Shown: in pieces, positions 14,555 to 29,422 of the stretch
Layout: each line of letters opens with the position of its first letter
Position numbering within the stretch: the stretch's first letter is position 1
Assembly: GCF_006345805.1 (NCBI RefSeq)
Contig: NC_043004.1
Coordinates: 16,926,001 to 16,990,000, forward strand
Source of the DNA: Octopus sinensis
Taxonomy: Eukaryota
Direction of reading: 5' to 3'
DNA length: 64,000 bases
Notes under the pieces: model-generated
Database searches by the model: none
Seen by the model: only the letters and a program-made list of their open reading frames with translations
Told to the model about the DNA's origin: nothing
Translations under genes and position numbers: made by a program

Positions 14555-15269
14555 TTTAGGAGTATAACTCCAAGCTTACAGAGAAAAATTCAATTCATTA
14601 TTGAATCAAATTTCACAATATGAATATATAATATATATAAAAATTATAGAAAAAAATTAGAGCCATGAAACGTACGTAGTCTTTTTACTTATTATATATT
14701 GTTTATTCATTTTTGTACTTATTGTGATCTAGTTATTTTTTATTTATGATTTAGCTTATGTCTATCATTTTTTGAATTGCATAATAGTGGTTTTTCTGCA
14801 ATTATATATATATATTGATGCTAACAAAATATAAGACGTTGACATGACATGGATTTTTCGGATATTTTCTGTTGTTGTTTTATTATTTTTTTTAATTTGT
14901 TTCACTAGCTTTCACATTTGGTGTACGGGTGTAGTTGTTTGCTAATTATGGAAATGACATTCATTTTTGCTATAAATTCATAAATAAAAATTTAGTAGTT
15001 TTTAAAATTCGTAAATTTTGGGTTATTTCAGTCAATCGAATGCCACAGATATATTGGCACCTGTTTCCGTAGTAACAAGCCTTATAGTCTTTTAAATTTT
15101 TACAGCCACGTGTACTGTCTCTACCTGTTAATTTCCTTTGAGAAGTGTCTATTTTCTGAAAGTTTGTACTGCCTCGTTTTGTCGCTTTGTTTTGAAGAAC
15201 TGAGGATGAATGAATACACAGGTGTTAATTAGAAAAGTTGTGCCAAACTAGACACATTTTCCTTTATGC

Positions 15270-15560
15270 AGGACCATGCTGGAATCGCGACATATTATAG
15301 AAAGTCATACGTCAGTCGATTATTCCAGGAACCACAATTTTCAGTGATTTGTTATTCATGGTTATAATTTTTGACATAGAACAGTGAACCACAAAGCTGA
15401 GTTTATTAACTCCAAAGATAGTACACACATGGGCCTGTGTAAAATGAACGCATTAACGACGTTGCAGGATCTACCGTTCTGCGATTGACTCGTATCTCTG
15501 CGACTTCATGTGGTGCAGGCGATACGAATGTTGTAATTTGTTTGAGAAATTCTTACAGTA
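15270..15560 (+). mobile_element. Merlin (IS1016/IS1595-related) transposase remnant
   Basis: Frameshifted fragments IIPGTTIFSD, HRTVNHKAEFINSKDSTH, IDSYLCDFMWCRRY in the expected order. Confidence 0.75.
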
Positions 15561-15759
15561 TGTCTTAAACTTTCTTTTGTGAATTTTTGCTAACAAAATT
15601 ATATCAATTGTTTGCATGAACTGAACTACAATTATATAGCAGACATATTTTGCTCTTTTTGTTTTTTGTAGTTTAACGTATATTTTGTAGGGTTTTTTTT
15701 TAATTCCACGTACAGTTTGGTGGGTGTTGTAATTATTTGCAAAAACATTTTCTGTAATA

Positions 15760-16165
15760 GGCTTAGGAGTGGCTGTGTGATAATTAGCTTCTTTACCAAC
15801 CACATGGTTTCGGATTCAGTCCCATTGCATGACACCTTGGGCAAGTGTCTTCTACTATAGCCTCGGGCCGACCAAAGCCTTGTGAGTGGATTTGGTAGAC
15901 GGAAACTGAAAGAAGCCCGTCCTATATGTATATATCTGTGTGTGTGTATGTATATATATATGTGTGTGTATATGTGTGTCTGTGGTTGACCCCCAACATC
16001 GCTTGACAACCGATGCTGGTGTGTTTACGTCCCCGTAACTTAGCAGTTCGGCAAAAGAGACCGATAGAATAAGTACTAGGCTTAAAAAGCTTAAGTCCTG
16101 AGGTCGATCGCTCGACATACTCCAGCATGGCCACAGTCAAATGACGGAAACAAGTAAAAGAGTAA
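15760..16165 (+). mobile_element. SINE family A, full length
   Basis: A-box/B-box-like head, accttgggcaagtgtcttctactatagcc core, (TG/TA)n middle, ccagcatggccacagtcaaatgac..gtaaaaga tail. Confidence 0.9.
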
Positions 16166-16959
16166 GGATTTTTCCTTTTTATATTGCCTGTTCCAACGTT
16201 TCTTCTGATATTATTCATTTAAAATTATTAAAACTTCAAAATTCCTTACAACTTTCATCATTGGGTCTATGCTGCTTTTTTGTCGTAGTAATGTTGTGCT
16301 AGATAACTCTCATGCACAAAATGCTTCCAGTTTCTATTTTTACATTGGGTAAAAAATTATCAAACGCTAAACTACTTTAACATTTTTATGTAATTGTTCT
16401 GGATCAAGTGAACAACATTAGATTAAGCGTGAAAAAATGCAATATACCAAGTTTGAAAAATTTCACATAGTTTTAAAATCCCAAAAACTGTGACAACAAC
16501 TGATCCGATTTTTCTTCCCTTAAGCATGTAATTTAACTTCGAAATATTAATTTCTAAATTCTCGAATCATCTCCCCCATTCCTTTGCCAATTGACCCTCG
16601 GTTCTTTTCTATGAGGAAGGAAACTGAGTTTAGTGGAAAATATTCTGCATACAGCAATCGGCATATCACCATCTAATCATTATAAATAAAGCTTTTTTCT
16701 GTTTATAGTTCTTATGAAGATTATGTGTTTAAATGGTAAAATGGTAGAATACATGAATCTATCTTATACACACACACTAACACACAATGTCACACACATA
16801 CACACGTTTACTGTTGACTGTGAGAAGAAAGCGTACTCGATTCCATGGTCGTGATTAGAGTTAGTCTCTTGCTATTCAGTGAATTCTTACTCAAAACTCT
16901 GAGCAACATGAGGCTAATTCGACCAAAATATAAATTTATATATGTGTGTGCATATATGC

Positions 16960-17032
<73 letters not shown>

Positions 17033-17965
17033 AAATATTGAATTTCTAAATCTCTCGTAGAGACATGTACGGTGGTGGGGCGATAGAATGGTTGTATACT
17101 GTCAATCTAACAAGAACGTGACAGTAGTGGGTACACCACCGCTGTATAGCCCTAGGAAGCATCGAACGCCTCCTGATGGCTTTGACACATTTTTCCTGTG
17201 TCCTTATATACATATACGAAGAGGAGACAAACACCCCGGCTGCCGAAACTGCATCTAGGGACACGTCTTTCAGGATCGTTGTCCTTCTTCGGCCTAGAGT
17301 AGCAGACCAAATACGCATAGTTATATAATTCATTCTATTTTGTGTGAGGGTGCGTGTGCGTTTTATCTATATGTGTGTGTGTGTTTGTGTGTGTCTGTGA
17401 ATAAAACTAATGTGCGGAAATCGTCTCAGTGTTAGAAACACTTGTTCGAACTTTCCTACTTGCCTCCAGACATTCAGACATTTTCTTAATGGTATGTCAA
17501 TCTCGGGTTATGCTTGCTTCCTCAGATTATGTCCTCTTCTCCTTTGGAGCTGATTGCTGTTGCCACATGGTATTTGCACTAAAACCTCTGAATTCTTTAC
17601 TATTTCTAAGAATCCAATCTGAAGCTCTATTCGATTTTATTATTAACTATAACGAGTAATTCGAAATCAATTTTCTATTTTACTACTATCAACTTTATCA
17701 ATGTAGGTGATACACAACTGCAAGCTTCACTAATTACAACGCAGTAATTAATATCATGATATTATAGCTTTATGGTACTATCATTACTTCTGATTATTTC
17801 CACCTTTCCAATTAATACAACTGCATAGTGAATAATATAGAATATCTGCATAAAGGTTTGCGAATCATTATTACAATTATTGCATCGAAAGTAAAAGTAT
17901 AATCTACATTATTACAATTTGTGATGCTCTGTGGCTATTACTGTTATTACTAGTATTAGTTTAAA

Positions 17966-18353
17966 GGTGGCGAGCTGGCAGAAACCTTAGCACGTTGCTT
18001 AGCGGTATTTCGTCTGCCGTTACGTTCTGAGTTCAAATTCCGCCGAGGTCGACTTTGCCTTTCATCCTTTCGGGGTCGATTAAATAAGTACCAGTTACGC
18101 ATTGGGGTCGATATAATCGACTTACTCCGTTTGTTTGTCCTTGTGTTTGTCCTCTCTGTGTTTAGCCCTTTGTAGGTACTAAAGACATGGGTATTTCGTC
18201 TGCCGCTACGTTCTGAGTTCAAATTCAGTCGAAGTCAACTTTGTTTTTTGGGGGTCGATAAATTAAGTTCTACTTGCGCACTGGGGTCGATGTGATCGAT
18301 TCTCTCCCTCCCCACAAATTCCAGGCTGTTTGCCTAGAGTAGAAAGGATTATT
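17966..18353 (+). mobile_element. SINE family B, dimer
   Basis: Same head and central domain twice; the second unit carries an alternative tail ending gtagaaaggattatt. Confidence 0.9.
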
Positions 18354-18615
18354 AGTACTAGTTTAGTTAAAATAGCTTCTAATAATTCTATCACCATTAT
18401 GATTCGGCACCAAATAAATCTATCCGCAAATAAATATCTGTGAGACCATGATGCTGAATGACACAAATAGAGGAACTGAAGTTCAACTTAGTTCCCTTCC
18501 TCTGTCCTACAGAACACTGATATCATTGTAGAACATTCCACATTGCTTACAAGTACACTCATATACTGCACATTTATTTTTCTCTCCCCCCACCTACTCT
18601 CCCTCTTTATATATA

Positions 18616-18659
<44 letters not shown>

Positions 18660-18667
18660 ATACATGC

Positions 18668-18747
<80 letters not shown>

Positions 18748-18770
18748 CTATATATATATATATATATCTA

Positions 18771-18802
<32 letters not shown>

Positions 18803-18910
18803 CATCAAACAGACGCCGAATTTGATTAACTACTGATACGACTTCAATTACACCTTCACATATATCCTTCTTTCTAAATCCCAGTTTCTGAATTAATGTG
18901 AGCCTTATAT

Positions 18911-18941
<31 letters not shown>

Positions 18942-19987
18942 TATATATATAATATATGCGTTCATACATTTATATACATACATATATATACATACATACA
19001 TATGCAGATAGATATAATATATTTGTATGTATGTATTTATATATTTATGCATAAATATATGTATGCGTGTATATATACGTACACACATACTTATATGTGT
19101 ATGTACATATTATGTGTGTGTGCATGTATATATGTACGTATGTTGTCCCAGCCATAAGACTGATAATCGTTTACATTCTCATTCGCGGATGTCGTTCAGG
19201 AGACTTCCGGCTTCGCAGACTACTAAAGGAGTTGGGGAAATTGCAGCAATTTGGTTTGGTTTCCTTTAACTTCTTGCTCTTACTTAAGTACGAATTCTCA
19301 ATATTTTATTATCTTTTCTTTTTTATTTTCCATTCCGTTTCAATGTACATCAAAACCAATATGTATCTGATAATAGTAGAAGTTTCGTTATTGGGCGTTG
19401 TTGACGTTTTTCGTTAGTAATTCCCTATAATATATTTTGCGATTTTGTGTCTGCAAGTTTTACATTCTATAGCGATTTAAATAAAAACTATGCTCCAAAG
19501 TGGTCACTAAACTGTAAAACTAAACATACAATTCATACTTGAAATTTTGGTGGAGAAGACAAATCGATCACATTGCCTCCAGTGGTTAACTGGTACTCAA
19601 TGTATCGAGTCCGAATGGATAAAAAGTAAAGTCCACGTCCGGGGAATTCGAACTTTGAACATAAAGACCAGCGAAATATCACTTAGTATTTTATCTGGAG
19701 TGCATATGATTCTGACAGTTCGTGACCTTAAACATGCAATAATGAAAATATAAAATCCGTACCTAACCATGCATCTGCACCTGGACTGAACTTGATGTCT
19801 TCATTTTTTTATTCACAAATACTCGAAATATGCTTATATGTCTGTATGTGTATTGTACAAGGACAGAAAACAGCGGAAAACAATATTAAGATGCATACAT
19901 TTATTTTTAACATGAAGATTATCCGCTGCAGGATTTTGTGTCAGAGAAAAATCTGTTTATAGATTTAGTGAGTAAAAGTTCATCGAG

Positions 19988-20033
19988 CTACATGACATAT
20001 TGTTTCAGCGTAACTTCGCCTCCTCAGTGGTAG
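19988..20033 (-). ncRNA. Minimal type I hammerhead motif
   Basis: CTACCA-CTGAGGA-GGCG-AAGTTA-CGCT-GAAAC-AATAT-GTC-ATGTAG; stem I partly decayed. Confidence 0.6.
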
Positions 20034-20779
20034 ACATCGCTTCGGTCATTTGGATCTAGAAACATCTGTTCTTATATACAGAAAATATGATATATTGTTT
20101 CAGTGTTGTACTATATCTACAGAATTTATCTATATATTTTTAGCTAACATTTATGTATATAGAGGCGTAATAACCTGCGCTTCATATAGATTGCCTTTAT
20201 AGTAAGTTACAGCATTGAAACAAAACGCTCTTAACGTATCCGTTGCTTATTCCTCGAACCTGCTGTCAACTATGAGTTATGTATGAAAACTGCTATATTT
20301 AATTTATTCGAAATCTTAGTAAAGGGAGAATTATAACAGAGCCTCCGTAAATGACTAAATATAGGTATAAAATCCCAACACAGGACTGTAACAAGTCTAG
20401 CTGATACTGTATGTAAAATCGACGAGGGTGTACGTAAAAATAACAGGTTTACATACGCCTCCGTTTGTGTGTGTGTGTGTGTGTGTAATGTTGGTTTAAG
20501 ATCTATCCTACTCTCCGTCGTCATCTTTCATAGCTTAACACGGTGTGATTTGACACACATGATCTATAAAGAGAATTTATTTCTCCCACGGCACTGTTTC
20601 GGCAGCGAAGTTTTTTTCGGTGTTTCAGTGTACACAAACATGCTAAATATAACTGTTCACCGCTTTATTTTAATCATCGTTGCTTAGTATACCTGTAATT
20701 ATTTATTTATATTTTGACAAAGCTTTCCATACATCAGAAGTCAGAAATTTATGTGTGATCGAAGATGGATTGGGTGTCT

Positions 20780-20820
20780 GTAACTGATGAAGCCTAACGA
20801 CGCAGAAACACGTTTCTTAT
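20780..20820 (+). ncRNA. Degenerate minimal hammerhead motif
   Basis: GTAA-CTGATGA-AGC..GCA-GAAAC-ACGT-TTC-TTAT; weak stem II, stem III mismatch. Confidence 0.45.
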
Positions 20821-21149
20821 AATCAAATGATGGCGTTCACATCCCAGTGTAGTGTGATACTATACCTGTTGCTCGTAATGTGAATTTCTCTCTTGGGACA
20901 GTTTCTGCAGCAGACTTGTTTCGACTATAAATGTACAACGAACGTATTAAATATAATTGCACACAACTTTATTTCTTTGTGACATAATATTAAGGTGCAC
21001 GGTTTTATTTCTTTTGTACAGAAAGTTGTTGTTAATAAAACAGTAATTTATTACTCGAACTTGATGTCAAGAATACATTATATATGCAAAGTAGTATGTT
21101 TATGTCTCTAGACGTCTCATTGATAGTGGCATTACAAACTGGGTATTCA

Positions 21150-21191
21150 GTTGCTGATGAAATCCCAAAACGAGATTGAAACAAGTCCAGT
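21150..21191 (+). ncRNA. Minimal type I hammerhead motif
   Basis: GTTG-CTGATGA-AATC..GATT-GAAAC-AA-GTC-CAGT. Confidence 0.6.
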
Positions 21192-23187
21192 AGCTCACTC
21201 TTTAGCTGCCTACAGATATATAGTATATATATATAAGCTGTGTATACCTCTCTATACAAACTATGTTGGTTAAAAACTGAGTAGATATATTCTGTATATA
21301 TATTATCATACATATTGTGCGAGTGTATGTGTATGCACGTGTGCATATTAATCCAACGATCGTGTATAGTTAGTATTTGATACATTATATATTACTATTT
21401 TTCATTTGTTTAACGTTGCAAAATTTTTCACTTTAATGTTTAGCTATTTATCTTTTGATTCTTTCAGTCTTAGAGTATTTAAAGAGTTAATATATTTTTG
21501 CTGTCAATTACTTTTCTGCTATCAGATATTTCTGATTCATCACTATAAAACATACCATTAGGTTATATTTACATAAACCGCAAAGAATAAAATAACTTTA
21601 TCCATTTACCTGGCTTTTCCTCTTTCCGCTTTGAGGGTGCGATTCTTTATTGCTGGAACAAAGGCCTAGTCTTTTAATTTTCCTTTAACGTATTGAATAA
21701 ATATCTGGAATATATGAAACTGTACTTCTCACTATGAACAGAAAATAGAGCTAAAGTCTATAAAGTTAAATCATTTTATATACACTATTCTGGCATATTG
21801 TTCAAGATTCTTTGTTCTCTATGGTAATTTTACTGTACATTAATTTCATATATGTTACATTGCCGTTTATCGAACGAACGCTACGTTGTATAGTTTGCTG
21901 AAGGTTTTTGTTAGTCATAGAAATTCAAAACAAATTAAATCACAAGTCTCCCACCAACTGTGTGAAATAAATTCCATTGAATGAAACTTGTATAGAACAT
22001 TGGGTATTATATAGTTCAATATTGTTCTTGTGTATCTTTCTATGATGGATCTTAGTTTCAGTAGACAATAGCTGCAGCCTTTCATCACCTATACAGAAAA
22101 CTGACTTCAAATAAGCAGGTAAAAATATAGCACCTACCAACTCTGCCGTGTTCAATCAAGCATCAGGTTCACCTCAGCTATGTAGGTATACCACACAAAC
22201 AGAAGATAAAATTACTGTCATGAACTACGATACTTCTAAAAAGAAGCATTGAAATTCCCATAAGACAAATCAAATATAACGAAACGACTGAGAAATTGCA
22301 TTCAAAACTCTTACAGACACCACAGTTAGAAAATATAGAGAATATAATACTAATGCAGAGACAACATACTGTGTAAACCATGGATTATGTAGAAACTGAC
22401 AGAACTCTAAACTCCTCAACACAAATCAAAACCAAACTACGAAAACAAACACAAGACAGCACTATGCACACTGACAATCTTTTCACGTCATAGAAAGGAA
22501 ACGTCGTCATTCAAAATGTAAAGCCACCTCATCATGCGAAAGATATATTTTATTGCAGCAACGAGCTCTTAAGCACTGTCCTTATAGGTGCATATATTCC
22601 CTTATATTGAAACAACCGTTACATCTGCAACACCGCCAGAACATTATTAAAATATCGTCCTTAGATCACTTCAATTCCAGGCAAGTGTACACAATGACAA
22701 TACAAAAGAAACTAACCGTCCATAAGAAAACATTAGTGTTGAACATCTTACTTGTATCTATTCCAAGTCATTTATTCCGTCTCAGATGTGGTAGCCTTCC
22801 CAATCTAAGAACATACAAAATTATACTATAATGTGGAGAATTGAATAATTCCCACAGTACTTATACCTGCACGAAACCCTGTATGTTAGAATTGATATTA
22901 ATGTCTTCCATTAGGCGGATCGATTGAATATCTGGAGCGCAGAATATGTAAATAAGAGTACACGAGCATAAGAGACCGTAACTATAAGATAAAATATCCA
23001 TGAATTAATAAGAAAAAATTCAGATTTAGCAAGTTTTTTCATTGAATGAATACAGGCAAACGCTGCCATATTCCCGCACCTTTTCTCTTTTTGTTTGTAA
23101 GAAGCCATTCTCCCAAACTAAAACAGATTTAAATGTTACAGACAAGATTAAGTTGCAGCCACAGACGGTATTATATTACTATATTAA

Positions 23188-23420
23188 GGCGGCGAGCTGG
23201 CAGAAACTTTAGCACGCCAGGCGAAATGCGTAGCCGTATTTCGTCTGCCGTTACGTTCTGAGTTCAAATTCCGCCGAGGTTGACTTTGCCTTTCATCCTT
23301 CCGGGGTCGATTAAATAAGTACCAGTTACGCACTGGGGTCGATATAATCGACTTAATCCGTGTGTCTGTCCTTGTTTGTCCTCTCTGTGTTTAGTCCCTT
23401 GTGGGTAGTAAAGAAATAGG
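23188..23420 (+). mobile_element. SINE family B monomer with 18-bp target-site duplication
   Basis: ggtattatattactatat at 23167-23184 and 23419-23436. Confidence 0.93.
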
Positions 23421-24840
23421 TATTATATTACTATATGAAGGGGCCTTTGTGTCCTGTTTTCCACTCGAGCTACATCCATACATAAACCTATATATGCCTA
23501 ATATATAAACCAAATTATGCCTAATACACCCCGTTTCGAAATCAAGTAATCTTTAAATTTCAAAAGCAACCTGTACACCGTATCTTTACTCACTATAAAT
23601 GATGGTCGATTGTACCACGAATCAGAAAATACTGACTTAAAAACAGAGGAGGAAATATTAATGTAGTACTAGATATATACTGCCTGAAAATAAGTAGCAC
23701 GGTCGTAGCAGAAATTATGATAATTGGTAAGAAAATACAATCAGCTCAAACGGATCAATAACGAAAAAGGACAAAAACTGGGAGAGTAAGACTTTACAAA
23801 AAACAGAGAGGAAAAGATAAGAGAAGCTTATAAGAAATAACGCATCAGAATAGTTTAGTCCAGAGTAGATAACGCTTGGAAAAAACAATGGTTGGTCAAA
23901 CATGGCATCCATTTATCATAACTCGTTCCTGTCAGAGCTGATATGAAGGAACGCCTCAAGTCTATAATTTACATCGTTTGTCTTTTACTTGCTTCAGACA
24001 TTAGTGAGCAGTCATGCTGGTCTGCGGTCGTGCGACTAAAACCTTGTAAGCTTTTAGTCGCACAAATAGATCCTAGTACGTTTTTTTTAAGTCTGCCGTT
24101 TAGTTTATCGGTGCCTTTTGCTGAATCGCTAAGCCATTGGAATGTAATCTAGCAGCCAAGGATCGCTTATTTCTATTTACTACAGATATAGCTCCACATA
24201 TAACATTACTCGTAACTCACATAGGCAAAAGAAGGAGAATAACGAAAACAAACAGTCTTCGGTCAGTTGTGGACGCCTTTGTATATATATAAAGAACTTT
24301 TTGTAAAAGTTCCTACCGATGATGGTTCTATTTCCATACCGAAACTACTTGGTAATGATTATTAATTTTTTAAAATAATTATTAGTTACCCTTATATTAT
24401 TAATAATGAAAATTGTCACTCCCTTATAACAAACCACAGTTCTCTTTCTATGTCAAGTCGACCCTGAGGAAGGAGTACTGAATTATTTGTGCCAGTAAAA
24501 AATTGATTTCCACCAGTCTGTCATGGAACTGGTGATGAACTGATACAAATAGTTCTGAGAGCAAACCCGAATTCTATCGCTGAAGCTTCAGTTTCATGTA
24601 GATTGTTGTTTATTCCTTATATTATTAATAATGAAAATTGTCACTCCCTTATAACAAACCACAGTTCTCTTTCTGCAGCACTATTTTGTGACACACATGG
24701 TAATCTTGGAGGGAAAATACGATTTCATTCGTCTATATGGATTTTGTTTGTGCTGACTATCTCCTGCTATCTCCGATGGCGCGAGATCATGATGCAAGAG
24801 GTGGGTTAATAGCATTTGCAAATCTATAATTTATAGGATT

Positions 24841-24899
24841 GTTGTGCTGATGACGGGAATCAGTTCTTTATAATTCTAACCCAGAAACGCGTCCACGAC
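24841..24899 (+). ncRNA. Minimal type I hammerhead motif
   Basis: GTTGTG-CTGATGA-CGGG..CCCA-GAAAC-GC-GTC-CACGAC; 6-bp stem I, ACGCGT palindrome. Confidence 0.75.
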
Positions 24900-25097
24900 T
24901 GACCGAAGACTGTTTGTTAACGTTATTTTCCTTCTTTTGCCTATGTAAGTTACAGTAAATAGGAATAAGCGATCTATGGCTGCTATTTCTAAATTTTCGG
25001 TATGTGGCTAAGCAACGTGTTGCTTAACCCTAATTATAGATATATATATATAAATATTATATATATATATATGTATGTATGTATCTATATATATATC

Positions 25098-25400
25098 GTG
25101 ACCATGTGACAGACCAGACCATGAGATGTTGCTAAACATCGCTGGTCACAATACGTTTGCATTGTTTTAGCCTTTGAATGACGCCACCTCGCTGGCTAAG
25201 CGAGCAGGCCAACAGAAGAAAGAGTGAGAGAAAGCTGTGGTGAAAGAGTACAGCAGGGATCACGACCACCCCCTGACGGAACCTCGTGGAGCTTGTAGGT
25301 TTTTTCGCTTAATAAACACTCACAACGCCCGATCTTGGAATCGAAAGCGCGATCCTACGACCGCGAGTCCGCTGCCCTAACCACTGGGCCATTGCACCTC
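25098..25400 (-). mobile_element. SINE family C (tRNA-like head tggcccagtggttagggcagcggactcgcggtc), tail type 1
   Basis: Reverse match to 49546-49845. Confidence 0.85.
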
Positions 25401-25615
25401 ACACACACACACAGGCACATACACACTTAAATCTAATGCTCGTAGCTTAGTTTTTCCTTGGGGCTGGCCGGATCGGAGCGATCTCAAGATTAACCAGCCG
25501 AAATTGCTAGGATGATCCGGTTCTTGACTGAAGATTGAAGGCTTCGAATGTCCCGTCCGTGTATTTTATATCGTCTTCTAAATGTTTTACGTTCTTGTCC
25601 CAGTTTGTATTTTTC

Positions 25616-25736
<121 letters not shown>

Positions 25737-26799
25737 TAATAATATTAGGGAGTAAATCCAAACTTACAGGGAAAAATTAGATTGATTTGCATAATAGTGA
25801 TTTTATCTCTAATTTAATTTAATATATATATATATACGACTGGCTTCCACACCGCTTGTGTCTATTCACTTACATGGCTTTGGTCGGCAAGGGACTAGAG
25901 TAGAAGTCACTTGCCCAAGGTGCTGCACAGTGCGACTGAAGCCTAAGTTATGTGGTTGGAAAGCGAGCTTTTTAACCTCACACAAATATGCTTGCGGATA
26001 GGCTTGAAAAAATATTTTTACATTCTCACTTAATTTTCTCAACATTATTTGAGCCTCCATAACAAACACACACACACACACACAAATACACACCACATAT
26101 ACACATACACACACATGCCGAATACGCTTATCAACGTGTTCAGTTAATGCAACCAGCAAACGCGCTTTTGTTTACAATTTTACGTTCCAAAATTGTACTT
26201 TGTCCTATCATGTTACTCACATGTATCTAAACCAGCAGCAACAAATGTTGGTGCCATTTTTAGTGAAACGAACATGTCTGTTTATTTACTTTCTTTACAA
26301 TCTAAATTTCATTTCCGTCAAATCAAATTTTCAACTTTCCCCAAACTGATTCTTTGACAACTACCTCATCGTCACAATATACAAGTCTTTATTTTTCCTC
26401 TCTTCTTGATTTCGAACTTTAAGACTTGACTCTGATTGATGTACTGTGGAATTTAATATTGGTGCAATTCTCCTTCCACTGTTTCTATGGGCTTTGTAAC
26501 CCAGATGGCATTCATTTCCATCCCAGAATGTGTTCTTGACTCTCTGGAATCTTCTCCACTCTTAACGGTTTCTTTATTCTCATCTTGCTTGACGCCTACA
26601 CAATTCCTTACTGGGTAAGCCTGTTAAGTGCCAAATTAGTCGTTGTCAAGTCGACCCTGAGGAAGGAGTACTGAATTATTTGTGCCAGTATCAAATTGAT
26701 TTCCACCAGTCTGTCATGGAACTGGTGATGAACTGATACAAATAGTTCTGAGAGCAAACCCGCATTCTATCGCTGAAGCTTCAGTTTCATGTAGATTGT

Positions 26800-27102
26800 T
26801 GTTTATTCCTTCTCGAGCTATACGTGGCTCATAAGGGCCGGTTTCCCGGTTTCCTTGGCGTATAGGTTCCCCACCTGGACGGGACGCCGGTCCATCGCAG
26901 GTGAGCTGCAAGATGCAGAAGGAAAGAGTGGGAGAAAGTTGTTGCGAAAGAGTCAGCAGAGGTTCGCCATTACCTTCTGCCGGAGCCGCGTGGAGCTTAG
27001 GTTTTTCGCTCATAAACACACATATCGCCCGGTCTGAGATTCAAACCTGCGATCCCTCGACCGCTAGTCTGATGCTCTAACCACTAGGCCATGTGCCTCC
27101 AC
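26800..27102 (-). mobile_element. SINE family C, tail type 2 (V-domain-like ctgcgatggaccggcgtcccgtccag)
   Basis: Reverse match to 44665-45015; flanked by a catgtagatt duplication (26788, 27103). Confidence 0.85.
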
Positions 27103-29389
27103 CATGTAGATTATTCTTGGTTAAATAATATTTCATGATTATCTTTCAGTTTTTCGATGAAATGTGGCCATGTATGTGTATTTTCAGCAGATTGGATCGA
27201 ATCACCCCCTTTTGCTGTCTAATCACGCTAAAAACACTATGGACGCAACGCATATATGCCTTGTTTTATCAAGTCTGAAACAAAACCCCGTTGAATCATT
27301 TATAAATAAATGTGATACCCTTATTCAAGCAAGCAATTTTGAAACTAACCAATAGAATTTTTTGAACTTCATTAAGAACGTTTCCGAGACAATACATTAA
27401 GAATGTTTCGGAATATTTAGCTTAGTTTTAAACGTTTTTAATCTTGTCCAGTTCTACAGTAGACAAAGAAGAATATATGAATACAAACTCTATTTTGTCT
27501 TTTTATTAATAATAAGTGCCGACAAAACCTTTTCTCTAATATTTTTATAGGACTTAGTATTTTATCAATTTAAGAACCATTGTTCTTGATGACGTTCTAA
27601 ATTTCATACGCCTCGTAACTTCAGAAAACCATTTTCCCAAAGCAAGTAAAACTCCACATGCTAAGTTGTTTTTTCGAACTCACAAGCATTACTTCTGAAA
27701 ATATCTTTTTTCCTTAATCATGGTTTTTCAAACTACATGTTTCTTTGCTAATCAGCTAAAAAAATCTATGACGGTATGCATCACTGAGTGCATTTCATGA
27801 GAAACTATTTTAATCTCCTTACATTCATTATGTCTCTTAAAATCATCACAAGTAGAAAAGAATCAATAAAATGTAAACGGAATTCTTCTCTCTGATTGTG
27901 GCTCCATTGTTATTCTAAATTACCATCAATACAGCTAAAGACAAATTTCTTCTACAGCTTGCAAATGTCATAGTGGAGAATCAAATAAATACACTTAACA
28001 TAGAAATTCGTGCAGTTTTTGTGTGATATTTTATTTTCAGATAAAATACGGTGATCCAGCTGTGGTGGGATTATCACAGAGTTGCATCTATTTGAAGTTT
28101 AAGTAGAAACTGTGGTTAGAAGTGACAAATACATTGTGTGTCAAAGATTTTGAATGGTCGGTTAGACAACTATGTACCACCTTATAAAAGAGCTGGATGA
28201 AGAAGACTTTAAGCGGTTTTCACAAATTATGTCGGTAAGTGAAGGAACAGAATGCTAAAACTTGTGGCGTTTGTCGTCCCCGTAAGAAAATTGACCAGAG
28301 AGATGGAAAAAGAGATAGAAAGGGAGAGAAAGAGAGGGGCGTACTTTTAGAGTGGGTGTTAAATTCTAAAGAAACTGAAGGGATCAATACCAAGAAGATC
28401 AATATTTTACTGACCTTACAGCGTAACAATAGTTAGAAGAAAGACACTATAGCGTTCCCATTGTTAATGGCGGATCAAAGTCTTCCTTTGCCAAACGGAT
28501 GTAGCATGTAACACATTTGTGTGAAAGAGAATCCATGACAACAAGAAATGTTTGTTGCTTCTTGATTCAATTGATGTCAAATGGATCGAAAATATTATCC
28601 AATGAACATTAAAGCTATTTAGCTGCTACATTATCTTTGCGTAAAAGGATGGCGTTTCAGTGATAGAATACTAGAGAGGGTAGATTGGGATGGCAGCTTT
28701 GAGACATGCCAACAGTTTTATATTGCACTTGCTATTAATGGTAAAAACGATACCAGTTGTTCTGGGGCGTCATAAAATCGATATTATTCAGCTTTGATAA
28801 TATTTCGCCAATAATTACATATTCACACACGAAATGTTAAGTATTATCACAAAAATGCAGACACTTGAAGCAACATCATATTCATTCTCTTTTAATATGT
28901 CTTAACAATTCTTTTTGTTAAACCTTGTCCATCCTTCACCAGCCTTTTTTTATCATTATCATTTTCTTAAACACCTCTACCAAAATAACCACCATCTCTA
29001 CGGCAAAGATGTTTCTATCAGCAGGCAGACATCTCTCCCTTCTGTGTCTCAAATATTCATTATCAGCTGCTCACCAGACATGATATTGTATCAATCAATT
29101 TTTCACCCAAATGTTCGAGCATTTTATTCTTGTATTTTCACTCCCAGACCATCATAAAAGTTATTCTTTTCCACCAGCTATGAGACACCCTCATACTTAA
29201 CCTAGAAGTGTTCTTGATTTCTTGCGTTCCTTTTATAATCTATTTGGTTTTTCCTCTTCTCCAAACTTTTCTATTTAGGATAGAAATATATTCCAGCTAA
29301 AATCTGTTTATTTCAATGAAGGCTTCCTATGTTTTCTCACTCACACACTATCTCTCGCTCTCTTTCTCTCTCCTTCTCTCTCCCTATCT

Positions 29390-29422
<33 letters not shown>

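Noticed and set aside
21950-22480. Possible very old Penelope GIY-YIG remnant
   Set aside because: Only faint motif echoes (PLNETC..VLY, YVG); too degraded to support.
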